A stretch of DNA of 64,000 bases, taken from positions 272,626 through 336,625 of the forward strand of contig CP107217.1 in NCBI GenBank assembly GCA_025757745.1, given 5' to 3'. The stretch is from Coriobacteriaceae bacterium (GTDB lineage Bacteria; Actinomycetota; Coriobacteriia; Coriobacteriales; Coriobacteriaceae). Positions 51,858 through 61,206 of this stretch are shown piece after piece. The position numbers were made by a program, and so were the translations under genes. How positions within the stretch are numbered: the first letter of the stretch is position 1; the number at the start of each line of letters is the position of its first letter. Under the pieces are notes generated by a model, which ran no database searches, was not told the origin of the DNA, and was given only the letters and a program-made list of their open reading frames with translations.

Positions 51858-52574
51858 ATGCTGCGTGCGATGATTGTGGATGATGAGGCGCCGGCTCGCT
51901 CGGAGCTTCGCTTCCTGCTCGAGCAAACGGGCAAGATCGGCACGATCACGGAGGCGTCGAGCGTCCGCTCCGCCATCGAGATGCTTATGGAAAGTCGCGT
52001 GGATGTCGTGTTTCTCGATATCTCGATGCCCGGTGCCTCGGGCCTGCAACTTGCCGAGGCGCTGCATAAGCTCAAAAATCCGCCGGCGATCGTGTTTGTG
52101 ACTGCGTATAGCGACCATGCGGTCGAGGCATTCGACGTCGATGCCGTCGATTATCTGATGAAGCCTGTCGAGGAAGCTCGCTTGGATCGCGCGATCGAGA
52201 AGGTCATGCAACGCGCCAAGCCGGTTACGGACAGCAAAGTGACCATCGAGCGTATCCCGGTGGAAAAGGGCGGCCGCAAGGTGCTCATTCCCGTGGACGA
52301 CATTCGCTTTATCATGGCCAAGGACGATTACTCCTGCATCTATACCGTCGATGATCGCTTTTTGTCGACGACCTCGCTGGCGCAGTTTGAGGCCAAGCTC
52401 TGCGACTTTGGCTTCTTCCGTGTTCACCGCCGCTATATCGTCAACTTGGCGTGCGTTACGGACGTCGAGACGGTGCCCTCGGGCGCCATCCAGCTGGGCA
52501 TTACGGGCGTCGACGAACGCGTGCCGGTTTCGCGCCGCCGCGTCGTGCCGCTCAAGAAGGCCTTGAGTCTCTAG
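51858..52574 (+). CDS. LytTR-family response regulator
   Basis: IVDDE, FLDISMP, DYLMKP, FFRVHRRYIVN, VPVSRRR. Confidence 0.94.
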   Translation: MLRAMIVDDEAPARSELRFLLEQTGKIGTITEASSVRSAIEMLMESRVDVVFLDISMPGASGLQLAEALHKLKNPPAIVFVTAYSDHAVEAFDVDAVDYLMKPVEEARLDRAIEKVMQRAKPVTDSKVTIERIPVEKGGRKVLIPVDDIRFIMAKDDYSCIYTVDDRFLSTTSLAQFEAKLCDFGFFRVHRRYIVNLACVTDVETVPSGAIQLGITGVDERVPVSRRRVVPLKKALSL

Positions 52575-52671
52575 CACACTGGCCCCGCAGCCCTGTAGAC
52601 CCATCGTCTGCGGAGCCGTGGGGCCTTTTTTGTATGTATCTGCCGAATCGTTTTTTTGCGGAAGGGATCCC

Positions 52672-53139
52672 ATGAACAGTGCAAGCGCCAAGCGTATCGA
52701 CATCATCTCGGACACCCACGGCTATTTATCGCCTGCGCTCCTGGACGAGCTTGAGGGCGCAGACCTGATTATCCACGCCGGCGACCTCACGTCAGAGATG
52801 GACTACGAGCACCTATGCACCATCGCCCCCGTGCGGGCCGTACTGGGCAACAACGATTACTACCGCGACTACGGCCCCGATGTAGACCGTCTTGCGCTCT
52901 TTACCTACGAAGGCCTCAAATTCGCCGTAGCCCACTACCGTGAAGACCTTCCGGTGGGATCCGTGGACGTAGCCATCAACGGTCACACCCACGTAACCAA
53001 AGAAGCCCAAGTAGGCCGCTGCCTGGTCCTCAACCCAGGCAGTGCCAGCTATCCAAGAGGCACCCGAGGCCCCACCATGGCCAGAATGCTCGTCAAGGAC
53101 GGCAAGATTCTGAGCACCAAATTTATTGACCTAGAGTAG
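52672..53139 (+). CDS. YfcE-like metallophosphoesterase
   Basis: SDTHG, HAGD, GNND, GHTH, NPGS. Confidence 0.9.
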   Translation: MNSASAKRIDIISDTHGYLSPALLDELEGADLIIHAGDLTSEMDYEHLCTIAPVRAVLGNNDYYRDYGPDVDRLALFTYEGLKFAVAHYREDLPVGSVDVAINGHTHVTKEAQVGRCLVLNPGSASYPRGTRGPTMARMLVKDGKILSTKFIDLE

Positions 53140-53146
53140 GTGCAAC

Positions 53147-53185
53147 AAAAACGGGGGATGCAGATCGCATCTCCCGTTTTTCTTT
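53147..53185 (+). terminator. Intrinsic terminator
   Basis: AAAAACGGGGGATGC-AGATC-GCATCTCCCGTTTTT. Confidence 0.75.
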
Positions 53186-53295
53186 GAGCCAAAGGCCGAA
53201 GTTCAACAACAATCTTAGACAACCCTGCCGAGGAGAACGGGGACCTCGAGCCGCGGAAGCGGCGAGGAACAAAGTCTTTGAAGCAAGTGACGGCA

Positions 53296-53440
53296 GGGAG
53301 GGTCTCCGGGGCCGGCTGGCGCGGGTTGAGTTTGTCGCGAGTTCCGCACGCAAAGGAAAGCACTTAATGTGCTTTCCGTCTTGCGCAGGACTGTAGAGCA
53401 GCAAACTCAACCCGCGCCAGCCGGCCCCGGAGACCCTCCC
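53296..53440. repeat. Perfect 39-bp inverted repeat with an internal hairpin
   Basis: Arms 53296-53334 and 53402-53440; internal GGAAAGCAC-TTAAT-GTGCTTTCC. Confidence 0.9.
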
Positions 53441-53472
53441 GGAGGGACCGAAAAACTTTTTCAAAAAAGTTG

Positions 53473-53502
53473 TTGCGCGCCGGACAGACTTCTGTGTATA
53501 CT
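53473..53502 (+). promoter_or_regulatory. Sigma70-type promoter for tRNA-Asp
   Basis: TTGCGC-N18-TATACT, with TG just upstream of the -10 and an A/T tract upstream of the -35. Confidence 0.55.
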
Positions 53503-53548
53503 AATCCCCGCAGCGCACGCGAGCGGAAACAAACGCGAACGCCTGCCT

Positions 53549-53626
<78 letters not shown>

Positions 53627-53634
53627 ACGCAATT

Positions 53635-53662
53635 AAAGCCACGTCTTCGGACGTGGCTTTTT
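53635..53662 (+). terminator. Terminator after the tRNA
   Basis: AAAGCCACGTC-TTCG-GACGTGGCTTTTT. Confidence 0.85.
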
Positions 53663-53985
53663 GCGTTTGATGCACTTTGTTTCGATAGAACGATCGCCCT
53701 GGCGCATCTTCGCCCAGAATCCCCGCGCCTTCGGGAACGCAAGTAAAATCTAATAAGTATATTTGTCTGAACAACAGCTTTGTTGCGCAACACCTGTTCA
53801 ACGAGACAGGGGGTTAGGTTATACTAAATTGCACTGTAGGCCGCATCTGATGCATTTCGCTCCGAGCGCGGCGTTCAGTGGATATCCGATTTACCATTTG
53901 GATGTCCTAGCGGTCATTTAGCGTCTCGACACAAGCTCGCCCCCGGAGCTCGTTCGAGCTGTTCGTATTCCTTGAAAGGGGAAAA

Positions 53986-54471
53986 ATGGACATATCGAGG
54001 AAGACTGATTACGCCCTTCGTATGTTGGCGATGCTTGCCGAGGATCCGGAGCGTTTGCTTTCTGTTCGCACCGCTGCCGAAGAGGTCAATGTTCCGTATT
54101 CGTTTGCCCGCTCGATTCAGCACGGTTTGGTCCAGGCCGGTATTGTGGAGAGCCTGCGTGGCGTCCACGGTGGCATGCGTCTCAAGGTCAGTCCGGACGA
54201 CGTTACCATTCGTCAGGTCGTCGAGGCCGTTCAGGGCCCTATGGTTATGAATGATTGCACCGCACCCGATGGCGACTGTGCGCGCATGGGCACGTGCTGC
54301 TATCATCCCCTGTGGGCCGGAGCCCAGGCGCTGATGCGCGACTATCTCGATTCCGTTTCGCTCGGCGATATCGTCGCCCATCGCCAGTTTCCGGCTGTCG
54401 ATCCCAAGTTCGCCGACCGCGATGCGTTTCCCGAGTACGCCGCTTGCGCGTATGCTTGCCGGGAGGAATAG
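53986..54471 (+). CDS. Rrf2-family transcriptional regulator, probably Fe-S binding
   Basis: ISRKTDYALR, SLRGVHGG, C-X6-C-X5-CC cluster. Confidence 0.92.
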   Translation: MDISRKTDYALRMLAMLAEDPERLLSVRTAAEEVNVPYSFARSIQHGLVQAGIVESLRGVHGGMRLKVSPDDVTIRQVVEAVQGPMVMNDCTAPDGDCARMGTCCYHPLWAGAQALMRDYLDSVSLGDIVAHRQFPAVDPKFADRDAFPEYAACAYACREE

Positions 54472-54492
54472 CGCCGCATAAGGAGCATTGTC

Positions 54493-55398
54493 ATGATTCA
54501 GGACCCCTTTCGTTCGATGATTCGTTCGGAAGGGGTCCTGCGTTATCGCGACCTTCCGTGGCGCCGCACGCGCGACCCGTATATCATCTGGCTTTCCGAG
54601 GTCATGCTGCAGCAGACGCAGGTGCCGCGCGTGGAGACGCGCATGCCGGCGTGGCTCGATCGCTTTCCTACTGTCCAAGCGCTTGCTCAGGCCGCCCCTT
54701 CCGATGTCTTGGACGCGTGGCAGGGGATGGGCTACAATCGCCGCGCCCTGGCGCTTCACAGGGCTGCACAGTGCGTTGTGGAGGACTGGGATGGGGAGTT
54801 TCCGCGCGAGACGCACGATCTGGTCGCGCTGCCCGGCATTGGCCCGGCGACGGCGCAGGGCATCCGTTCGTTTGCATTCGATCTTCCAGGCGTGTATCTG
54901 GAGACCAACGTGCGCACGGTCTTTTTGCATCATTTCTTTCCCGATGTGCCGGCCGTTCCCGATCGCGAGCTGGTGCCGCTGATTCAAGCCGCCTGTCCGG
55001 CGGCCCCCGGTGCGGCGGCGGACGAAATTGCGCCCTTTGCCGCGCCTCAAGACGATGCCGACACGCCGCGCGCGTGGTATTACGCGTTGCTGGATTACGG
55101 CGCGTATCTTAAAAAGACGCTGCCCAATCCGTCCAGGCGATCGGCGGGCTATAGTCGTCAGTCCAAGTTTGAGGGCTCGCGTCGCCAAAAGCGCGCCCAC
55201 ATTGTGCGCATGCTGCTGGCGGCGCGCGATGGGCAGCCGGCAGGTATTACGGTTGATGAAGCTGTTACAGGCGTTAACGAGATGGAGACGGCAGCCGGCC
55301 GAGAGTCGGTCGAGCGCGAACTGGTCGCAAGCATCCTTGCCGATCTGGAGCGCGAGGGCTTTTGCCGCTCCGAGGGCGATCGTTGGTTGAGCGTGTAG
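54493..55398 (+). CDS. mutY: MutY-like adenine glycosylase, short form without the Fe-S Cys motif
   Basis: RDLPWR, SEVMLQQTQV, WQGMGYNRRA, LPGIGPATA. Confidence 0.85.
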   Translation: MIQDPFRSMIRSEGVLRYRDLPWRRTRDPYIIWLSEVMLQQTQVPRVETRMPAWLDRFPTVQALAQAAPSDVLDAWQGMGYNRRALALHRAAQCVVEDWDGEFPRETHDLVALPGIGPATAQGIRSFAFDLPGVYLETNVRTVFLHHFFPDVPAVPDRELVPLIQAACPAAPGAAADEIAPFAAPQDDADTPRAWYYALLDYGAYLKKTLPNPSRRSAGYSRQSKFEGSRRQKRAHIVRMLLAARDGQPAGITVDEAVTGVNEMETAAGRESVERELVASILADLEREGFCRSEGDRWLSV

Positions 55399-55512
55399 CC
55401 CGCTCAAATCTGAAGAACAGGATTATAAGGTTTAAATTCTCGGCATGAGGGCATCCTAAAGACAGGGCCGCTCAAAGCCTATGGGCGGCACGTGTTGAAG
55501 GGAAGTACACCT

Positions 55513-56052
55513 ATGGATTTTGAGAACTCTCAGACCAAGAAGAACCTCGAGACTGCTTTTGCCGGTGAGTCCCAGGCACACACCAAGTATCGCTACTATG
55601 CATCCAAGGCCAAAAAGGACGGCTACGTTCAGATCTCGAATATCTTTGCCGAGACGGCGGGCAACGAGTCCGAGCATGCCAAGCTGTGGTTTAAGTATCT
55701 GCACGACGGCGCCGTTCCGGGCACTCTGGACAACCTGCGCGACGCCGCCGCGGGCGAGAACTACGAGTGGACCACGATGTATGACGAGTTTGCCAAGACC
55801 GCCGAGGAGGAGGGCTTTGCCGAGATCGCCGAGAAGTTCCGCGGCGTCGCCGCTGTCGAGAAGGCCCACGAAGAGCGCTATAACAAGCTCGTCGAGCGCA
55901 TTGAATCGGGTGAGGTGTTTGAGCGCGAGGGCGTAAAGGTGTGGAAGTGCTTGAACTGCGGGCACCTGCATGTTGGTGCCGAGGCGCCCGAGGTGTGCCC
56001 GGTGTGCAACCACCCGAAGGCGTACTTTGAGGAGCAGGTGGTGAACTACTAG
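55513..56052 (+). CDS. Rubrerythrin
   Basis: AFAGESQA, ExxH motifs, CLNCG..CPVC rubredoxin domain. Confidence 0.95.
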   Translation: MDFENSQTKKNLETAFAGESQAHTKYRYYASKAKKDGYVQISNIFAETAGNESEHAKLWFKYLHDGAVPGTLDNLRDAAAGENYEWTTMYDEFAKTAEEEGFAEIAEKFRGVAAVEKAHEERYNKLVERIESGEVFEREGVKVWKCLNCGHLHVGAEAPEVCPVCNHPKAYFEEQVVNY

Positions 56053-56073
56053 CGCGTGGTGCTAGCGTGAGCT

Positions 56074-56159
56074 GGGCCGGGAGGGCCGGACTACCTTCCC
56101 TCCTCGCTCACGGCTTCGCAGGGTCGCGTTGAGGGAAGGTAGTCCGGCCCTCCCGGCCC
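56074..56159. repeat. Perfect 29-bp inverted repeat
   Basis: GGGCCGGGAGGGCCGGACTACCTTCCCTC (56074-56102) and its reverse complement (56131-56159). Confidence 0.9.
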
Positions 56160-56208
56160 GCTTCGGGTCGTCGCGTGCTCGTTACTGAAAAGCTGATTAG
56201 AAGTTTGT

Positions 56209-56237
56209 GTGCCGCCCCTTTTGGGGCGGCACTTTTT
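56209..56237 (+). terminator. Intrinsic terminator
   Basis: GTGCCGCCCC-TTTT-GGGGCGGCAC-TTTTT. Confidence 0.8.
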
Positions 56238-56490
56238 GTGTGGGGTCCCGGTCTTCACAATTTCCGTCAAGCTTTTGGTTAGGTTTTGGTCGGTTGGCGT
56301 AAGGGCGGAAGGGCAAAAGATCATTCGATAAAAAAGCTCAGAGAAAGTGCTGGTAGGGGAGTTGTTGAGGTTTTCGACAGCTTTCTGACTATAGAATCTT
56401 TGCGGCTATTGCCGCGGATTTCGTTGCCGCGGCCGCGATGGTGCGGGATGCTGGGCGTAAGCGTCGAATGCTCAGATTGAGGAGGCCAAC

Positions 56491-56913
56491 ATGGATCTGT
56501 TTCTTGAGACCCCGCGGCAACAAGCCGAGCGCATGTTGCGCCAGCAGCAACGGCTTATGGAGATGCAAATGCAAGGGGCGGCCGTCCAGCCTCCTGTGCA
56601 AAACGCCGCGCCCGCGGTATCGTCTGCGGATGAGGTGGACCCAGGAGCCTATTCCGTACAGCAAGATTCATATGCGCAGGAGCTTGCGTTCGACAAGCGT
56701 CGTGCGCGTCGCCGTCGTTGGACCCAGCGCCTGCGTACGCTGGCGATGATCGTGCTGATCCCGTTAGGGCTCGCGGCAATCTTCTTGGCCTCATATGCCC
56801 TCACGTGCATTCTCAACGGCGCCTCGCCCAGCGAGGTGCTTGAGCACTTAGCAGCTCTCGGCCAGCGCCTAAGCGATGTCGTAGCAACCATCCGCGCCGG
56901 CTGGGAGAGTTAG
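56491..56913 (+). CDS. Hypothetical single-TM protein
   Basis: GAGGAGG RBS; Gln-rich N-terminus, Arg cluster, then a TM helix. Confidence 0.7.
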   Translation: MDLFLETPRQQAERMLRQQQRLMEMQMQGAAVQPPVQNAAPAVSSADEVDPGAYSVQQDSYAQELAFDKRRARRRRWTQRLRTLAMIVLIPLGLAAIFLASYALTCILNGASPSEVLEHLAALGQRLSDVVATIRAGWES

Positions 56914-57036
56914 CGTTTTAGTACCTGTGGCCCAAAATCCATTTGTCCGATTGCCGCGTGACGCCCGGTGCGTGTGGCGGGGTAAGATTGATCGCGGTTT
57001 TGATTGATGATCGATTGAGTTTGTTGGGCGGAGTCT

Positions 57037-58392
57037 ATGTCTGCTATTGATATCGTGCTTGTTGTGATTGCTTTGGTGGCGGTGGGGGTTGCTGTGGCTT
57101 GTGCCCTGCAGCTTAAGGGCCTTCGTGCCGAGCTGCAGGAGCGTGGCGATGACGGGGCAGAGATGCTGGCTGCGCTCGAGCAGGCCAACAACGCGCTCGA
57201 CACCCTCAACGTCGCGTTGGCAGAAACCCGCCGCACGGCAAATGCCATCGCGCAACAGCAGACGACCGATGCGGCCGTAGAGCAGCAGCGTTACCTGACC
57301 ATCGCGCGTGAGCTCTCGCAGGCTGGCGACCGTATGGATGACCTGCGCCGCGAGACGGCCCAACAGCTCGGTGCCAACCGCGAGGGCATCGAGCACCGCC
57401 TGGACAAGGTGCGCGAGACGGTCGATGCCCAGCTGGGCGCCATCCGCAAGGACAACAACGTGCAGCTCGATCAGATGCGCGCGACGGTGGACGAGAAACT
57501 CTCCCGTACGCTCAACGATCGCCTGTCTGCATCGTTTAAGCAGGTGAGCGACCAGCTCGAGGCTGTGTACAAGGGTTTGGGCGATATGCAGTCTATCGCC
57601 ACCGGCGTGGGCGACCTCAAGCGCGTGCTGGGCAATGTAAAAGCGCGCGGCATTTTGGGCGAGGTACAGCTGGGTGCAATCCTGGCGGACATCCTTACGC
57701 CCGACCAGTATCTGGAAAACGTCGCCACCAAGCCCGGCGCCTCGGAGCGCGTTGAGTTTGCCGTCAAGCTGCCGGTGGACGAGGGCGATCCCGTGCTGCT
57801 GCCGATCGACTCCAAATTCCCGGGCGACGCGTACGAGCATCTGCTCGACGCGCAAGAGTCGGGTGATGCCGAAGCTGTGGCCACCGCGCGCAAGACACTC
57901 GACGCTATGGTGAAACGCGAGGCAAAGGACATCTGCGAAAAGTACCTGAGCGTGCCCGCGACCACCAATTTTGGCATTATGTTCGTGCCGTTTGAGGGCC
58001 TGTACGCCGAGGTCGTCAGCCGCCCCGGGCTTATCGAGACCCTGGGCCGCGACTATTACGTTAACGTTGCCGGCCCCAGCACCATGGCGGCCATCCTCAA
58101 CAGCCTGCAGATGAGCTACCAGACGTTTAAGTTGCAAAAACGCACCGATGACGTGCTGCGCGTGCTCTCTGCCGTCAAGGCCGAGCTGCCGCGCTGTCAG
58201 GCGGCGCTGCGCCGCGCCCAGCAGCAGATCGAGACCGCAGGAAAGACGGTCGAGGGCATCATCACCACGCGTACCAACGTTATGGAGCGCAAGCTCAAGG
58301 ATATCGACGCGCTGGAAGACGCGCGGGAGGCCGACGAGATCTTGGGACTCACGTCTGCGGAGCTGCTCGCAGACCAAAAAGACGAGGACTAG
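57037..58392 (+). CDS. rmuC: DNA recombination protein RmuC
   Basis: TM plus coiled coil; RGILGEVQL, LPIDSKFP, MFVPFEGLYAE, GPSTMAA. Confidence 0.93.
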   Translation: MSAIDIVLVVIALVAVGVAVACALQLKGLRAELQERGDDGAEMLAALEQANNALDTLNVALAETRRTANAIAQQQTTDAAVEQQRYLTIARELSQAGDRMDDLRRETAQQLGANREGIEHRLDKVRETVDAQLGAIRKDNNVQLDQMRATVDEKLSRTLNDRLSASFKQVSDQLEAVYKGLGDMQSIATGVGDLKRVLGNVKARGILGEVQLGAILADILTPDQYLENVATKPGASERVEFAVKLPVDEGDPVLLPIDSKFPGDAYEHLLDAQESGDAEAVATARKTLDAMVKREAKDICEKYLSVPATTNFGIMFVPFEGLYAEVVSRPGLIETLGRDYYVNVAGPSTMAAILNSLQMSYQTFKLQKRTDDVLRVLSAVKAELPRCQAALRRAQQQIETAGKTVEGIITTRTNVMERKLKDIDALEDAREADEILGLTSAELLADQKDED

Positions 58393-58517
58393 CTGCATCT
58401 GACGGCGGGGCGCCTGCGCAAGCGCGGGACGCGGGCGCTTTTCGCGTCGCACTTGCCTGAAGTGCGCTTTAGTGTGCAACAATGGCGTTTCGCCCTATCA
58501 GACGCGAAAGGAAGCCC

Positions 58518-60320
58518 ATGTCTCAGAGAAACACCAGTCCGCTCAAACGCTCCACCGTGCGCCGCACGCTGCAGCGTTTTTGGGACGTCACGCGCACGCA
58601 GCCGCTGATCGTCTTTCTCTCGGTGTTCTCGTCGGCGGGCTACATCTTTTTGCTCACGTTTGCCAACACCTACGTGATGGCCCTCATCGTCGACCGCGTC
58701 CAAGCGGGTTCCGTGGCGGGCGATCAAGTATTCGAGGTCTTTGGTCCCTACATTCTGGCGCTCGTGCTCGTTAACCTAGTGGGCCAGATCCTCTCCAAGC
58801 TGCAGGACTACACCGTCTACAAGCTCGAGATTGCGGGTAACTATCACTTGGCGCGCCTGTGCTTCGACACGCTCTCCAATCAATCCATGACATTTCACAC
58901 CAGCCGCTTTGGCGGATCGCTCGTGAGCCAGACGAGTCGTTTTATGAGCGGCTATACGGGGCTGGTAGACGTGACGGTGTATTCGCTCATTCCCACTATC
59001 ACCTCGGTTGTCTGCACGGTGGCGGCGCTCGCTCCGGTGGTGCCGACGTTTACCGTGATCCTGGTGGGCATCATGGTCGTCTACATCGCGTTTGTCTGGC
59101 TTATGTATAAGCGCATCATGCCGCTTTCGGCCGCGACGTCCGCCGCGCAGAACAAGCTGTCGGGTGTGCTGTCCGACGCGGTCACGAACATCCTGGCCGT
59201 CAAGACCTGTGGGCGCGAGGACTTTGAGCGCGACCTGTTCGATGCCGCCGACCGCGCCGCGCGCGACGCCGAGACGGTTTCGATGCACGCCATGATGCAG
59301 CGCAACTTTACGACCTCGGGCCTTATCGTCATCACCATGGCCGTGGTGAGCGTGTTCGTCGCGGGAGGCAACGCGTGGTTTGACATCTCTGCCGGCGCGC
59401 TCGTCATGATTTTTACCTATACGTACAACCTCACCATGCGTCTGAACTACGTAAGCTCCATGATGCAGCGCATCAACCGCGCGCTCGGTGATGCGGCCGA
59501 GATGACGCGCGTGCTGGACGAGCCGCGTCTGGTGGCAGACGACGAGAACGCTCCCGAGCTTAAAGTGACCGAAGGTGCGATTGATTTTGAGCACCTGAGC
59601 TTTGCATACCGTGACGCCGCGGCGGGCGAGAACGTGTTCGACGACCTGACGCTTCACGTGGCGGCGGGCCAGCGCGTGGGCCTGGTGGGCAAATCGGGCT
59701 CGGGCAAGACGACGCTCACCAAGCTGTTGCTGCGCCTGGACGACGTACAGGGCGGCCGCGTGCTCGTGGACGGTCAGGACGTCTCGCGCTGTACGCAGCA
59801 GAGCCTGCGCCGCCAGGTTGCCTACGTGCCGCAGGAGGCGCTGCTGTTCCATCGCACCATTCGCGAGAATATCGCCTACGGACGCCCCGACGCCACCGAC
59901 GAGCAGATCCGCGAGGCCGCGCGCCTGGCAAATGCCCTGGAGTTTATCGACCGTCTGCCCAACGGCTTTGACACCATGGTGGGCGAACGCGGCGTTAAGC
60001 TTTCGGGCGGTCAGCGCCAGCGCGTGGCCATTGCCCGCGCTATCCTGACCGACGCGCCGATCCTGGTGCTCGACGAGGCGACGTCTGCCTTGGACAGCGA
60101 GTCCGAGGCGCTGGTGCAGGAGGCGCTCGAGAACCTGATGCGCGGTCGCACCTCCATTGTGGTGGCACATCGCCTGTCTACCGTGGCGGCGCTCGATCGC
60201 ATCGTGGTGCTGGCGGACGGCGAGATTGTCGAGGACGGTACGCATGCGCAGCTTGTCGAGGCGGGCGGCGAGTACGCAAGCCTGTGGGGCCGCCAGACCG
60301 GCGCATTTTTGGAGGCGTAA
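58518..60320 (+). CDS. ABC exporter, fused permease-ATPase
   Basis: Six TM plus GKSGSGKT, LSGGQRQ, LDEATSALD, AHRLST; GAAAGGA RBS before 58518. Confidence 0.93.
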   Translation: MSQRNTSPLKRSTVRRTLQRFWDVTRTQPLIVFLSVFSSAGYIFLLTFANTYVMALIVDRVQAGSVAGDQVFEVFGPYILALVLVNLVGQILSKLQDYTVYKLEIAGNYHLARLCFDTLSNQSMTFHTSRFGGSLVSQTSRFMSGYTGLVDVTVYSLIPTITSVVCTVAALAPVVPTFTVILVGIMVVYIAFVWLMYKRIMPLSAATSAAQNKLSGVLSDAVTNILAVKTCGREDFERDLFDAADRAARDAETVSMHAMMQRNFTTSGLIVITMAVVSVFVAGGNAWFDISAGALVMIFTYTYNLTMRLNYVSSMMQRINRALGDAAEMTRVLDEPRLVADDENAPELKVTEGAIDFEHLSFAYRDAAAGENVFDDLTLHVAAGQRVGLVGKSGSGKTTLTKLLLRLDDVQGGRVLVDGQDVSRCTQQSLRRQVAYVPQEALLFHRTIRENIAYGRPDATDEQIREAARLANALEFIDRLPNGFDTMVGERGVKLSGGQRQRVAIARAILTDAPILVLDEATSALDSESEALVQEALENLMRGRTSIVVAHRLSTVAALDRIVVLADGEIVEDGTHAQLVEAGGEYASLWGRQTGAFLEA

Positions 60321-60383
60321 AGACCCCATACGTGGGACAATCGTGCCCATAGGTTTGTTATGCCGCTGAAGCGAGGAGTCATT

Positions 60384-61049
60384 ATGCCACGCGAGACCAA
60401 TGCCGCCAAACGCGAGCGCGCCGTTGAGGTGTGCGAGCGCCTCAACCGTCGCTATGGCCCGGTCGAGTGTTTTTTGGATCACGAGAATCCCTTTAGGCTG
60501 CTCATTGCCGTACTGCTCTCGGCGCAGACGACCGACGCGCAGGTCAACAAGGTGACGCCGCGGCTGTTTGCCCAGTGGCCCACGCCCGAGGCCATGGCGG
60601 GGGCGAGCGTGGCCGATGTGGCCGGTACCATTAAGTCACTCGGCTTTTATAAGAGCAAGGCCAAGCACGCCGTGGAAGCCGCGCAGATGATCGTCACCGA
60701 TTACGGCGGCGAGGTACCGGCCGACATGAAGGAGCTCGTCAAACTGCCGGGTGTGGGGCGCAAAACGGCGAACATCGTGCTCAGCGTGGGGTTTGGCATT
60801 GTCGAGGGCATCGCGGTCGATACGCACGTCAACCGCATTGCACACCGCCTGATGCTGAGCCCCAAGACGCATGCCAAGGAGCCGCTCAAGACCGAGCAAG
60901 ATCTGCTCAAGATTTTGCCGCACGAGTATTGGGAGTCGGTCAACCACCAGTGGATTACCTTTGGCCGCGAGATCTGCGATGCCCGCAAGCCTAAGTGCGA
61001 CGAGTGCCCGCTGGCGGATTTGTGTCCCAGCGTGCGCGTGGCGGGGTAG
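60384..61049 (+). CDS. nth: Endonuclease III
   Basis: LSAQTTD, LPGVGRKTAN, AVDTHV, C-X6-C-X2-C-X5-C. Confidence 0.95.
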   Translation: MPRETNAAKRERAVEVCERLNRRYGPVECFLDHENPFRLLIAVLLSAQTTDAQVNKVTPRLFAQWPTPEAMAGASVADVAGTIKSLGFYKSKAKHAVEAAQMIVTDYGGEVPADMKELVKLPGVGRKTANIVLSVGFGIVEGIAVDTHVNRIAHRLMLSPKTHAKEPLKTEQDLLKILPHEYWESVNHQWITFGREICDARKPKCDECPLADLCPSVRVAG

Positions 61050-61206
61050 GGCGGAACGCATTTTCGTCTGGCGTTTTTTGCGGGGCTGGGTTTGCCCTTG
61101 AGCCGGAGTCCTCTCCATGCGTTACCATGACAGACAATGTATTTGACGTACGACCCGCCGAGCTTGCCCCGGCGGGCTTTTGGCGTTGCAATGCCGGAGG
61201 AACAGC

